32,000 bases of DNA from Acholeplasma laidlawii PG-8A (GCF_000018785.1 NC_010163.1:1230001-1262000), one strand, 5' to 3'. Numbered from the stretch's first letter, positions 17,638 to 25,935 are shown. Notes: generated by a model from the sequence alone, not told the origin. Numbers and translations are program-made.

Positions 17638-18537
17638 TTATCCTAGTGCTATTTTTTTATTTAAAAACATGAGTGAGAGTACTGCCATTTGTACAAGTAA
17701 AACTCTGTACGTATCTGCAGATGTGTAACGTTCTATGAAATCATTATAGATTTTTAATTCGTGTTTAGTCTTTTTAGAAACAAGCTTTGAAAACCAGCCT
17801 TGGCCGTTTGCAGTGCCTAGAAGTTCCACTAAACTTGAATCTAAAACGATATAACCATCAAATGATTTTTTAATAAATCTTTTAGCAATCCTGGCAACCG
17901 GTATATGTTCACCACTACCAATTACACGGCCAGCCCCAGTTTTATCAATATCTTCCATAATGAGCATGCCAATATAATCTCTTAAGATACGGTATGCTGT
18001 GACTTCTGCTTCATTTATCTTATACAGATAAGTGTAATCAAATATAATTTCTACATGTTTATGTTTAAGTTCATCTAAAATGTATCTGTACATTTTAGGT
18101 GTATGTTTATCACTAAACTTAATCAATATTTTAAGTTTATATTTTCTAATGATTTTAATGTGTTCAGTTATTACTTCAACAATATGATTATAGTCATTTA
18201 CAGTTTCATCAAATACTGGAATGGTATATACATAATATGAAGCGTTAAACTTTTTAACACGTGTGACCGTTTCTTCTAGTAACTGATTATAAGGATCCAA
18301 TCCATCCATTTGATCCATATGAAAGGATGGTAAGAGTGGATCTACTGCTAAAACACGTATCTTTTCAAATTGTGGGTATATTAAATCTAGTTTATCTAAA
18401 GGCATTTCATAAATGGCTTTGCCACCAATACGTCTTAGCATATAGTGAGTTAATTTTAGTTTTTTAAATAAGTCTATTTGAGTTTCTATATCGGCTTGTT
18501 TATAATCTAGGAATGTGGATAGAATAGCTTTCATCAC
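17638..18537 (-). CDS. Hypothetical protein (possibly a xylose-isomerase-like TIM-barrel fold)
   Basis: This is a long ORF whose start overlaps the stop of the upstream gene (GTG 18537 or ATG 18534). No diagnostic motif was recognised, so the fold guess is weak. Confidence 0.45.
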   Translation of the reverse strand: MMKAILSTFLDYKQADIETQIDLFKKLKLTHYMLRRIGGKAIYEMPLDKLDLIYPQFEKIRVLAVDPLLPSFHMDQMDGLDPYNQLLEETVTRVKKFNASYYVYTIPVFDETVNDYNHIVEVITEHIKIIRKYKLKILIKFSDKHTPKMYRYILDELKHKHVEIIFDYTYLYKINEAEVTAYRILRDYIGMLIMEDIDKTGAGRVIGSGEHIPVARIAKRFIKKSFDGYIVLDSSLVELLGTANGQGWFSKLVSKKTKHELKIYNDFIERYTSADTYRVLLVQMAVLSLMFLNKKIALG

Positions 18538-19235
18538 TGTTTACTCCATTCATACATAAGTATGGAACCTGCAACTGTGACATTCAAACTTTCAACATGG
18601 TGTGTTTCAATATTTAATCTACCATCCAATAGTTCAATGGTTTTACTTCTTAAACCTTGTCCCTCATTACCTAATACTAAAATAAATGGTTTAGTTTTAT
18701 CTGGTTCTAACTCCGATTTATGCGCATCTGCACCAAATACTTGATAGCCATTTTGTTTTTTTAGCGTGATGAATTCATGAATATCCAGTCTTTCAATATA
18801 TAAGTCAAAAAGTGCACCACCAGATGCACGAATTGTTTTGTCATTATATAAGTCTGCAGTGTGATTTGAAAACACCACATGCATAAAGTTAAATGCAAGT
18901 GCACTTCTTAATATAGCACCGACATTATCTGGATTTTGAACATCATCTAAGACTAAGATTTGATTTGAAACAATAGGTGTTGAAACTTTTTTGCATACTG
19001 CAAAAACATCATACGATGTTTCAGTCACTTTCAGTTCTTTCATGAGCACTTCACTAATTAGGGTTCCCTCAATATTTGGGTTTGTTGTAACAATCTCTTC
19101 TACAACACCTTTTTTAAGTGCTAAATCAACAAAGGTTTGGCCATAAACTATATATTGATCCATTTGATCTCTATATTTTTTAGTTTTAAGCTTCATCCAT
19201 GATTTAAATTTCTTATTGTCTTTAGATTCTATCAT
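18534..19235 (-). CDS. TrmH/SpoU-family RNA 2'-O-methyltransferase
   Basis: SpoU motifs are present: NPDNVGAILRSALAF, LVLGNEGQGL and SLNVTVAGSILMYE. Confidence 0.8.
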   Translation of the reverse strand: MIESKDNKKFKSWMKLKTKKYRDQMDQYIVYGQTFVDLALKKGVVEEIVTTNPNIEGTLISEVLMKELKVTETSYDVFAVCKKVSTPIVSNQILVLDDVQNPDNVGAILRSALAFNFMHVVFSNHTADLYNDKTIRASGGALFDLYIERLDIHEFITLKKQNGYQVFGADAHKSELEPDKTKPFILVLGNEGQGLRSKTIELLDGRLNIETHHVESLNVTVAGSILMYEWSKQ

Positions 19236-19243
19236 GTAATAAA

Positions 19244-20482
19244 CTACTCCTGTGTATATGAACTTAATGCATCTTTCACATCAAAGCCGTGTAATGCGAT
19301 TTCAAAATCAGTGGTAGGGGTAATAATCATTGTTTGAACATTCTTAAGTGCATCTTCTAAGAGTTCTTTAAACTCAAATCTAGATTCTTCTTTCAATGCT
19401 TGGTCAATGGTTGGTTTAGTAACTGGGTTTCTTGGTACATAAATTGAGCAGCAATCATTAAACGGTAAAATAGATATATCATATGTATCTATTTTCTTAG
19501 ATATATTAATAATATCATTTTTGTCATAAGTAATAACCGGTCTTAAAATAGGTATAGAGGTTACATTTTCAATAACTTTAATACTACTTAAGGTTTGACT
19601 TGCTACCTGGCCAACGGATTCACCATTAATTAAGGTATCTAAACCATGTTGATTTGCATAGATTTCACCTAATCTGTAGAACATACGACGCATGATCGTA
19701 ATAATGTACGGATCTGCTACATAACTTAGTATCGCTTCATGTATTTTAGTAAACGGTACAAGATGTAGTTTAATCTTATTATATGGTGTATAGTATGCTA
19801 ATTTTTTTGCAATTTCTATAACCTTTTGAACAGATTCTAATGGTGTAAGTGGTGTGGATTCAAAGTGGAATAATTCCACATCAATGCCTTGCTTCATCAT
19901 AAGATGTGCCGCCACTGGGGAATCAATACCACCAGATAACATCACTAAGCCTTTACCACCTAAACCTATTGGAAAACCACCTAGTGCAGGTATTTTACCA
20001 ACATAGATATAAGTGCCTTCGCTTCTTAGTTCAATATCTAAAACTGTTTCAGGATTTCTCACTTCTACTTTTAACCCGTCAAATGATGGAAGTACGAGTG
20101 ATGCCACTTTTTGTGAGATTTCTAAAGATTTTAGTGGATAGTTTTTATCCGTTCTCTTCGTCTCTATTTTAAATGTTGTAGGAAGTTTAACTTCCTTTTG
20201 AATCACTTCTTTTGCAAGCTGTGCAATAGATTCAATATCTTTTGTTGTTTTGTAGATGTAACTAAATGAGTGTATACCGGATACATATCCTAGTTGTTTA
20301 ATCACTTCATCACTATCTACTTCATTAAAATGAACATATATACGATCATGTTGGAAAGTATACTCTACATTTACGTTTTTTAACTTACTTCTTATATTTT
20401 TTTTAATCTGGCCGATGAATTTAGGTTTGTTCTTACCTTTTAGTACTAAATCACCAAAGCGAATTAAAATTGCCTTTTCCAT
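19244..20482 (-). CDS. thiI: tRNA 4-thiouridine(8) synthase ThiI
   Basis: The N-terminus is ferredoxin-like/THUMP (ILIRFGDLVLKGKN), and the PP-loop SGGIDSPVAA is present. The length is 412 aa. Confidence 0.88.
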   Translation of the reverse strand: MEKAILIRFGDLVLKGKNKPKFIGQIKKNIRSKLKNVNVEYTFQHDRIYVHFNEVDSDEVIKQLGYVSGIHSFSYIYKTTKDIESIAQLAKEVIQKEVKLPTTFKIETKRTDKNYPLKSLEISQKVASLVLPSFDGLKVEVRNPETVLDIELRSEGTYIYVGKIPALGGFPIGLGGKGLVMLSGGIDSPVAAHLMMKQGIDVELFHFESTPLTPLESVQKVIEIAKKLAYYTPYNKIKLHLVPFTKIHEAILSYVADPYIITIMRRMFYRLGEIYANQHGLDTLINGESVGQVASQTLSSIKVIENVTSIPILRPVITYDKNDIINISKKIDTYDISILPFNDCCSIYVPRNPVTKPTIDQALKEESRFEFKELLEDALKNVQTMIITPTTDFEIALHGFDVKDALSSYTQE

Positions 20483-20566
20483 AATATCACCATGTATTAT
20501 TATATCATTTAAAGTAGATAAACATTATGTCATAATTTGGATATTTGTTTCACTTAACATAAAAAC

Positions 20567-20575
20567 TGATATAAT
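20567..20575 (+). promoter_or_regulatory. Extended -10 element upstream of the GAF/msrC gene
   Basis: TGaTATAAT is followed by the AAGAGGTG RBS and the ATG at 20611. Confidence 0.45.
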
Positions 20576-20610
20576 ATTTCATATTATAGACAAGAAGAGG
20601 TGTTTTAAAA

Positions 20611-21075
20611 ATGGATTATAAAGTATTGTTAGAAAGTGCTGAAGGCTTACTTTCAACCGAACCAACAAATCTTTCAATTTTAAGTAATGCATCAGCATTC
20701 TTAAATGATGCTATCCCTGATTTGAATTGGGTTGGCTTTTATATGTATAAAAATGGTATTTTAACACTTGGACCCTTCCAAGGTAAAGTTGCATGTAATT
20801 TAATTATGCCTGGTAAAGGTGTAGTCGGTACAAGTTACTCTAAAAATGAAGTGATTGTTGTTAAAAATGTGCATGAAATTGAAAATCATATCACTTGTGA
20901 TCCAATCTCTATGTCGGAAACTGTCATCCCAATTAGACATAACGGTGCTATTTGGGCTATACTAGATTTAGATAGTCCAGTTGAAAATAGATTTGATAAA
21001 GATCTCGTCGACTTTTTACAACAATTCGGTCTATTAATTGAAAATTATATTGACTTTAGTAAGGGTTTAATATAA
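20611..21075 (+). CDS. msrC: GAF-domain free methionine-(R)-sulfoxide reductase (YebR/MsrC-like)
   Basis: NWVGFYMY...LGPFQGKVAC..I..GKGVVG...HITCD..S.SE.VIPI is collinear with E. coli YebR as recalled, including the conserved Cys residues. Confidence 0.75.
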   Translation: MDYKVLLESAEGLLSTEPTNLSILSNASAFLNDAIPDLNWVGFYMYKNGILTLGPFQGKVACNLIMPGKGVVGTSYSKNEVIVVKNVHEIENHITCDPISMSETVIPIRHNGAIWAILDLDSPVENRFDKDLVDFLQQFGLLIENYIDFSKGLI

Positions 21076-21239
21076 AATAAGTAAGCGGTCAAAAGCAGGC
21101 CAAAAATAGGTTTATAAATATCCCTTCATTATATGGATGCACTAAGTAATTTTCTTCTGCTAGAAAGTGAAAAGGAATTTGCGGATTATATAGATTTATG
21201 ATGGTGTGTTTACCCAAAAATAAAAAGGAGGTAAATTCT

Positions 21240-21836
21240 ATGTCACGTTTTACAGGATCAACTTGGAAAGTTTCTAGACGCTTAGGTTATTCAATATCTG
21301 AAACAGGTAAAGAATTAAAGAAAAGACCTTATGCACCTGGACAACACGGTCAAAGACGTTCCAAATTATCTAACTACGGCATTCAGTTACAAGAAAAACA
21401 AAAAGTACGTTTTGTTTATGGAGTAAGTGAAAAACAATTTAAGAAAACTTTCCTTGAATCTGCAAAGATGCAAGGTAAACAAGGTGAGAACTTCTTAAAA
21501 CTTTTAGAATCTAGATTAGATAACGTTGTGTATCGTTTAGGTTTTACAAAGACTCGTGCTCAAGCTAGACAATTAGTGAACCATGGTCATATCTTAGTTG
21601 ATGGAAAGAAAGTTGATATTCCATCATACAGATTAGCACCAGGACAAACAGTACAATTGAAAGAAAAGAGCAAGAACTTAACAATCGTTAAAGAAGCTTT
21701 AGAAGCTCAATTCGCACATGTTGACTATGTTGCATTAGATGCTAATGGTGTTGGAACATTCTCAAGACTACCAGAGAGAAACGAATTCTTATTCGATATT
21801 AACGAACAATTAATCGTTGAATTCTACAACAGATAA
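21240..21836 (+). CDS. rpsD: 30S ribosomal protein S4
   Basis: [16 protein letters not shown] is the canonical S4 N-terminus, and an S4 RNA-binding domain follows. The start is set at ATG 21240 behind AAAGGAGGT (21224-21232). Confidence 0.92.
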   Translation: MSRFTGSTWKVSRRLGYSISETGKELKKRPYAPGQHGQRRSKLSNYGIQLQEKQKVRFVYGVSEKQFKKTFLESAKMQGKQGENFLKLLESRLDNVVYRLGFTKTRAQARQLVNHGHILVDGKKVDIPSYRLAPGQTVQLKEKSKNLTIVKEALEAQFAHVDYVALDANGVGTFSRLPERNEFLFDINEQLIVEFYNR

Positions 21837-21851
21837 TAGGTTTACAAAAGT

Positions 21852-21885
21852 AAAGGACATTTTATTAAATGTCCTTTTTTCTTTT
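21852..21885 (+). terminator. Terminator of rpsD
   Basis: aaaggacat-tttattaa-atgtccttt is followed by a T-run. Confidence 0.75.
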
Positions 21886-21890
21886 TCTAT

Positions 21891-22583
21891 TTAAAATGAT
21901 TGTTTGATAACCTTTTTAGTAAGTTCTTCTACGTTGAATGCTTCTGCATATTGTGTTCTAGCTTCACAACCTCTGACAATCATTAATGCTTCATAGTATC
22001 TCTTATATTCGAATGACTTAGAGTGAATCGCAAACCAGTGACTGTCGATTGCTTTTTGCCATAACTTATAACCAGCCTCAGATACATTTACATAGACATA
22101 AGGTTTAAAGTCAATTGGGTCTTCCCAGTTTTCTGCATAGTATGGTCCACTTGCATAGTGTGGTGGTAGGTCCGTTTCAAAACCTTTAATGCCTGCATAA
22201 AATTGAGCATCTTTAACAATATGATACGTTGCTTCATGATCTTTATGCATCGAATTTTTCCAGTGTGTAATTAAAACATCAGGCTTGTGTTCTCTAATCA
22301 GTTTTGCGACTTCAAATTTTACTTTATCATTGGTAAGTAGTTCACCATCACTATAAGGTAATACAACACTTATACCACCAAGCATGTCAGCAAAACTAAC
22401 CGCTTCACTTTCTTTTTGCTTTCTATATTCTTTAACACTTAAGTGTGGTGGGTTTCCTTTTTCTCCACCAGTAAGTGCAACAATAACTATCTTATGTCCT
22501 TCTAAACTCATTGTTGCAAGTGTGCCACCACAGGTGAGTTCCATATCCCCTATGTGGCCACCAATTGCCATAATCGTTTTCAT
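21891..22583 (-). CDS. PIG-L/LmbE-family N-acetylglucosaminyl deacetylase
   Basis: AIGGHIGDME matches the (A/P)H(P)xDD/E motif, and HKDH matches the HxDH metal-ligand motif. The length is 230 aa. Its ATG directly abuts the TAG stop of the upstream GNAT gene. Confidence 0.75.
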   Translation of the reverse strand: MKTIMAIGGHIGDMELTCGGTLATMSLEGHKIVIVALTGGEKGNPPHLSVKEYRKQKESEAVSFADMLGGISVVLPYSDGELLTNDKVKFEVAKLIREHKPDVLITHWKNSMHKDHEATYHIVKDAQFYAGIKGFETDLPPHYASGPYYAENWEDPIDFKPYVYVNVSEAGYKLWQKAIDSHWFAIHSKSFEYKRYYEALMIVRGCEARTQYAEAFNVEELTKKVIKQSF

Positions 22584-23561
22584 CTAAAAATCCACCTTTC
22601 TCATATCTATAAATGTTCTAACAATCTTAAAACCTTCTTTTTCATACATACGTCTAGCAGGATTGTTCTCACCTGTAAATAACGTCATGTAAGATGCGCC
22701 TAAATTCTTTAAGCCCATGACCAGTTTTGCAAATAAGGCTTTACCAAGGCCAAATCCCCTAAATTCAGAATGTGTTCCTATACCTGCAAAATACCCTCTC
22801 TTATTAGCCTCAACAATTAACGGTCCTGTAAATCCTATCACTCTATGATTAAATGTTGGTACTAGTAAAGTATTCTTATCTTTCATTTTCTCAACATGTA
22901 TGGTGACTGTTTTTTTCCATACAGGACTTCCTAAATCGTCTAATAATTCTACTAACCCATGATCTTTTTCAATATCATAGTAAGCAAACTTAACACCCTT
23001 TTCTTCTACACTTGAAATGACCTCACTTGTTTGATTACTAAATTCATAGTCTCTAATATCCATATAGTATGCATTTTGAACAGCAAAATCTATATAGTTC
23101 TTAGATTTAAAGAATAGGTAAGCAACTGAGTTTTGATCAATACCTGGAGCATTTGGATGTATTGCATCTGTGTTAGGGACAATCCAACTAAAGCCTACTG
23201 GATTAAAAAATACAATTTCAATTTTTTTCACCATAAGATCTTGTTTGATCAAAGTATCTTCTAGTGTTTTTAGCAACATTGAGCCTATGCCTTTTCTCAT
23301 ATGTTTTTCATCAACAATAATCATTGAAATATAAGATTTTTTAGTGTCTTTATCATAGGTACCACTAATAAATCCGGTAACTTGATCATTTTCTACTGCA
23401 ACAAAAGAATGAATATCATAGATTGAAGTGGATTCTAGGAACTTCATTCTAAACTGATCGATGTTTAGTTTTTCATATAGAAAGTCACCTCTATTTGTAG
23501 TTTTGTTAAATAGATTGAGTGCTTCACTTAAGTGTTTATCTTCCAACTTGGTAATATGCAT
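22584..23561 (-). CDS. Tandem two-domain GNAT N-acetyltransferase
   Basis: Two acetyl-CoA-binding R/QxxGxG/A motifs are present: RKGIGSML in the N-terminal domain and RGFGLGKAL in the C-terminal domain. The length is 325 aa. Confidence 0.75.
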   Translation of the reverse strand: MHITKLEDKHLSEALNLFNKTTNRGDFLYEKLNIDQFRMKFLESTSIYDIHSFVAVENDQVTGFISGTYDKDTKKSYISMIIVDEKHMRKGIGSMLLKTLEDTLIKQDLMVKKIEIVFFNPVGFSWIVPNTDAIHPNAPGIDQNSVAYLFFKSKNYIDFAVQNAYYMDIRDYEFSNQTSEVISSVEEKGVKFAYYDIEKDHGLVELLDDLGSPVWKKTVTIHVEKMKDKNTLLVPTFNHRVIGFTGPLIVEANKRGYFAGIGTHSEFRGFGLGKALFAKLVMGLKNLGASYMTLFTGENNPARRMYEKEGFKIVRTFIDMRKVDF

Positions 23562-23640
23562 GTGTATCTCCTTATGAAGTTATGTATTGATTGATTCCTA
23601 TATTTATTTTATCATGTTATCTTAATAACACTACATAAAC

Positions 23641-23690
23641 AAAAAAACTATAACTAGCAAATCATTTATGGACTAGTTATAGTTTTTTTT
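23641..23690. terminator. Strong bidirectional terminator ending the redox operon
   Basis: aaaaaaactataactag-(14 nt)-ctagttatagtttttttt forms a 12-bp perfect stem flanked by A and T runs. Confidence 0.8.
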
Positions 23691-23696
23691 ATATGA

Positions 23697-24338
23697 TTAA
23701 ATTTTTTCTATTTCGTTTAAGAATGCTTCAATTGGTTGATTACCTAAGAATTCATACTTATCGTTAATAATAATCTTTGGTACACTGCTTACATTATATT
23801 TCATGGATAAATCACTAAAAGTTTGAGCTTCATAAGCATCTGCTGTAATATTAGGATTTGTCATTGCAAGTCTAAATGCACTTGATACTGCACCAGGACA
23901 ATGTGGACAACTTAATGTTACAAACACTTTAATGTTCACATCTTTGTCAATTTTGCTTAATCTTGCAAGTGTCTTTTCATCAAAGAATGGCTTAGTTGAA
24001 GCACTATCAATTAATGCTGAAATAAGTGAATTGATTTCATGACCTGCAGGTATACCATTGAATCTAAAGTTTCTAAAGTTATTGTTTTGATCTAGTATAA
24101 CAAATGTAGGTGCTAAGGTTACATTGTACTTTTCAGCTTCTACTTTATCGTCTTCTAGTGTTCTTTCAACAAAAGTAATCTTATCATTTAAAGCACTTAC
24201 TTCTTCTAGTAATTGTAAAGTTGGTTCACATGTTTCACAATCATGTGATGTGAATAAAATGACTTTGATTGGATTATCCATCATTTTTAATACTTCTTTA
24301 ATTTGTCCAGCTACATCTGGTGTTAATAAACTTTTCAT
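23697..24338 (-). CDS. Double-thioredoxin-fold protein disulfide oxidoreductase (PDO / glutaredoxin-like / AhpF-N-terminal-domain-like)
   Basis: Two CxxC motifs lie about 100 aa apart: DCETCEP and SCPHCPG. The length is 213 aa. Its AAAGGAG RBS sits inside the 3' end of the upstream gene. Confidence 0.75.
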   Translation of the reverse strand: MKSLLTPDVAGQIKEVLKMMDNPIKVILFTSHDCETCEPTLQLLEEVSALNDKITFVERTLEDDKVEAEKYNVTLAPTFVILDQNNNFRNFRFNGIPAGHEINSLISALIDSASTKPFFDEKTLARLSKIDKDVNIKVFVTLSCPHCPGAVSSAFRLAMTNPNITADAYEAQTFSDLSMKYNVSSVPKIIINDKYEFLGNQPIEAFLNEIEKI

Positions 24339-24342
24339 TTTG

Positions 24343-25311
24343 TTATTCTCCTTTGAATTTTAAATATTGGTTTGCATGTATAGCTGCTTTTGCACCTTCT
24401 GCTGCAGCTATGATAATTTGTTTGTGGGGTTGATCTACCATATCACCTGCTGCATATAGCCCAGGTATATTAGTTTCTTGTTTACTATTTACGATGACCT
24501 CATGATAGTCATTTAGTGTTACGAAGTCTTTAATAAACTTCGTGTTTGGTTTCATACCAATGGCAACAAATAAGCCATCTGCTTTAAAGTTTGAAGTTTG
24601 ATTGGTCTTCTTATCTAAAATGGTTAAACTATCTACTTGATTCCTACCATGTACTTCAAGTATTTGAGTTTCTAACATATAATCAATCTTGTCGTTTTTA
24701 TACATATTTTCGAGTAGTATTTTATCTGCTCTAAACTTTGATCTTTGAATAACTGTAACTTTTTTAGCCCATTTAGCTAAATCGAGTGCAGATTCTATTG
24801 CAGAGTTTCCACCACCTGCAACAACAACGTGTTTGTCCTTGTAAAATGGTGCATCACAGATCGCACAATAAGATATACCTTTCGCATCAAAGATATCTTC
24901 TCCTGGAATACCTAACTTTTTAGGTGTGCTTCCTGTTGAGAGTAAAACTGTTTTTGATTGAATGATATCACCATTGTTTAAATATATTTGAAATAAATTA
25001 TTATCTTTTGTGATTTTATCGACATAAATTTTATCTAAAACTGGAATTTCGAACTGTTTTACATGTGAGATAAACTTTTCAGTTAATCCACTACCTGTAT
25101 CATTTGGTAAACCTAAGTAGTTATCTACATCATTGGTATTTAGTAATTGACCACCTATATCATAAGTAATGATACCGGTTGTCATACCAAGACGATGTGC
25201 ATAAATGCTTGCATTTAATCCAGATGGACCACCACCAATAACAAGAAAGTCGTATATTAATTGTGTGTTGAATGTGTTATGAAGTTGTGTGTCTAAATTA
25301 AAGTTAAACAT
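24343..25311 (-). CDS. Thioredoxin-reductase-like FAD-dependent disulfide reductase
   Basis: VIGGGPSGLNASIYA is the FAD GxGxxG motif. YCAICDAPFY is the redox-active CxxC (compare TrxB CATCD). VAGGGNSAIESA is the NAD(P)H motif. GLYAAGD is also present. Confidence 0.85.
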   Translation of the reverse strand: MFNFNLDTQLHNTFNTQLIYDFLVIGGGPSGLNASIYAHRLGMTTGIITYDIGGQLLNTNDVDNYLGLPNDTGSGLTEKFISHVKQFEIPVLDKIYVDKITKDNNLFQIYLNNGDIIQSKTVLLSTGSTPKKLGIPGEDIFDAKGISYCAICDAPFYKDKHVVVAGGGNSAIESALDLAKWAKKVTVIQRSKFRADKILLENMYKNDKIDYMLETQILEVHGRNQVDSLTILDKKTNQTSNFKADGLFVAIGMKPNTKFIKDFVTLNDYHEVIVNSKQETNIPGLYAAGDMVDQPHKQIIIAAAEGAKAAIHANQYLKFKGE

Positions 25312-25333
25312 AAATAATTCTCCTTAATCTGCT

Positions 25334-25816
25334 CTAAAGTTTAATTTTACAAACACCTGAGTGTATTTGTCTAATCACTATACCTAAGCCTATGACAATA
25401 AGTACAAGTGACATGATTTTATATGGGAATCCTGCAAGTGGTAATGCAATGACACTAAAGCTAATGCCGATTGCTGCAAAAAATGCTATCACACAACTTG
25501 TACAACCATAGGTTAGTATACCAAATAATACCGATACAAACCCTAAATTTGATGCTTTAGATTCTCTACCCTTAATCTCTACCATTGCTGTGGATAAATT
25601 CATTAAAAGCGTTGATAGAATTGCCATGATAACATTCATGAAGATGTTAATCACTACAAGATACGTACCGAATTGGTTTGCCATGGCTTCATAGGACATA
25701 TTTAAGTAATCTACGATAAAATATATAAACAAGAACAACAATAGAAATATCATACCTTGAATCACATATTTTTTAGTTTTTAAAAGATCAAATGCTAGTT
25801 TTACCATCATATTCAC
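25334..25816 (-). CDS. Small integral membrane protein (about 4 TM) with an intramembrane CxxC
   Basis: The 160-aa protein has four long hydrophobic segments, and YGCTSCV sits inside the third. An AAGGAG RBS lies 5 nt before the ATG. It is the first gene of the redox operon. Confidence 0.7.
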   Translation of the reverse strand: MNMMVKLAFDLLKTKKYVIQGMIFLLLFLFIYFIVDYLNMSYEAMANQFGTYLVVINIFMNVIMAILSTLLMNLSTAMVEIKGRESKASNLGFVSVLFGILTYGCTSCVIAFFAAIGISFSVIALPLAGFPYKIMSLVLIVIGLGIVIRQIHSGVCKIKL

Positions 25817-25836
25817 TCCTTATTTGCAATTATAAT

Positions 25837-25854
25837 TATACCATGTGGGGTATA
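25837..25854. promoter_or_regulatory. Operator-like palindrome TATACC-N6-GGTATA, copy 1, overlapping the -10 box
   Basis: On the minus strand: TATACCccacatGGTATAAT. The right arm is fused to a TATAAT -10 box about 25 nt upstream of the RBS of the membrane ORF. Confidence 0.6.
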
Positions 25855-25935
25855 TTGATAAATTAATATGCTTTAAAGTGTTAAATATTAGGATTTTACC
25901 CACATTTATACTTTTTAATGCATTATTTGACCATT

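Noticed and set aside
18562-20621. Small + strand ORFs at 18562-18744, 19906-20172 and 20415-20621, antisense to the TrmH-like gene and thiI or running across the thiI/msrC promoter region.
   Set aside because: They are nested in, or antisense to, motif-supported genes. The 20415-20621 ORF would run through the thiI start and the msrC promoter and RBS.
21076-21239. A 164-nt untranslated region upstream of rpsD, considered as an S4 autoregulatory leader or sRNA.
   Set aside because: I could find no convincing promoter, extended helix or recognisable motif by eye. It remains possible but unsupported, and a covariance-model search would be needed.
22384-24363. Small + strand ORFs at 22384-22587 and 24124-24363, antisense to the PIG-L deacetylase and PDO-like genes.
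   Set aside because: The reasoning is the same: they are antisense to supported CDSs, low-complexity, and lack an RBS.
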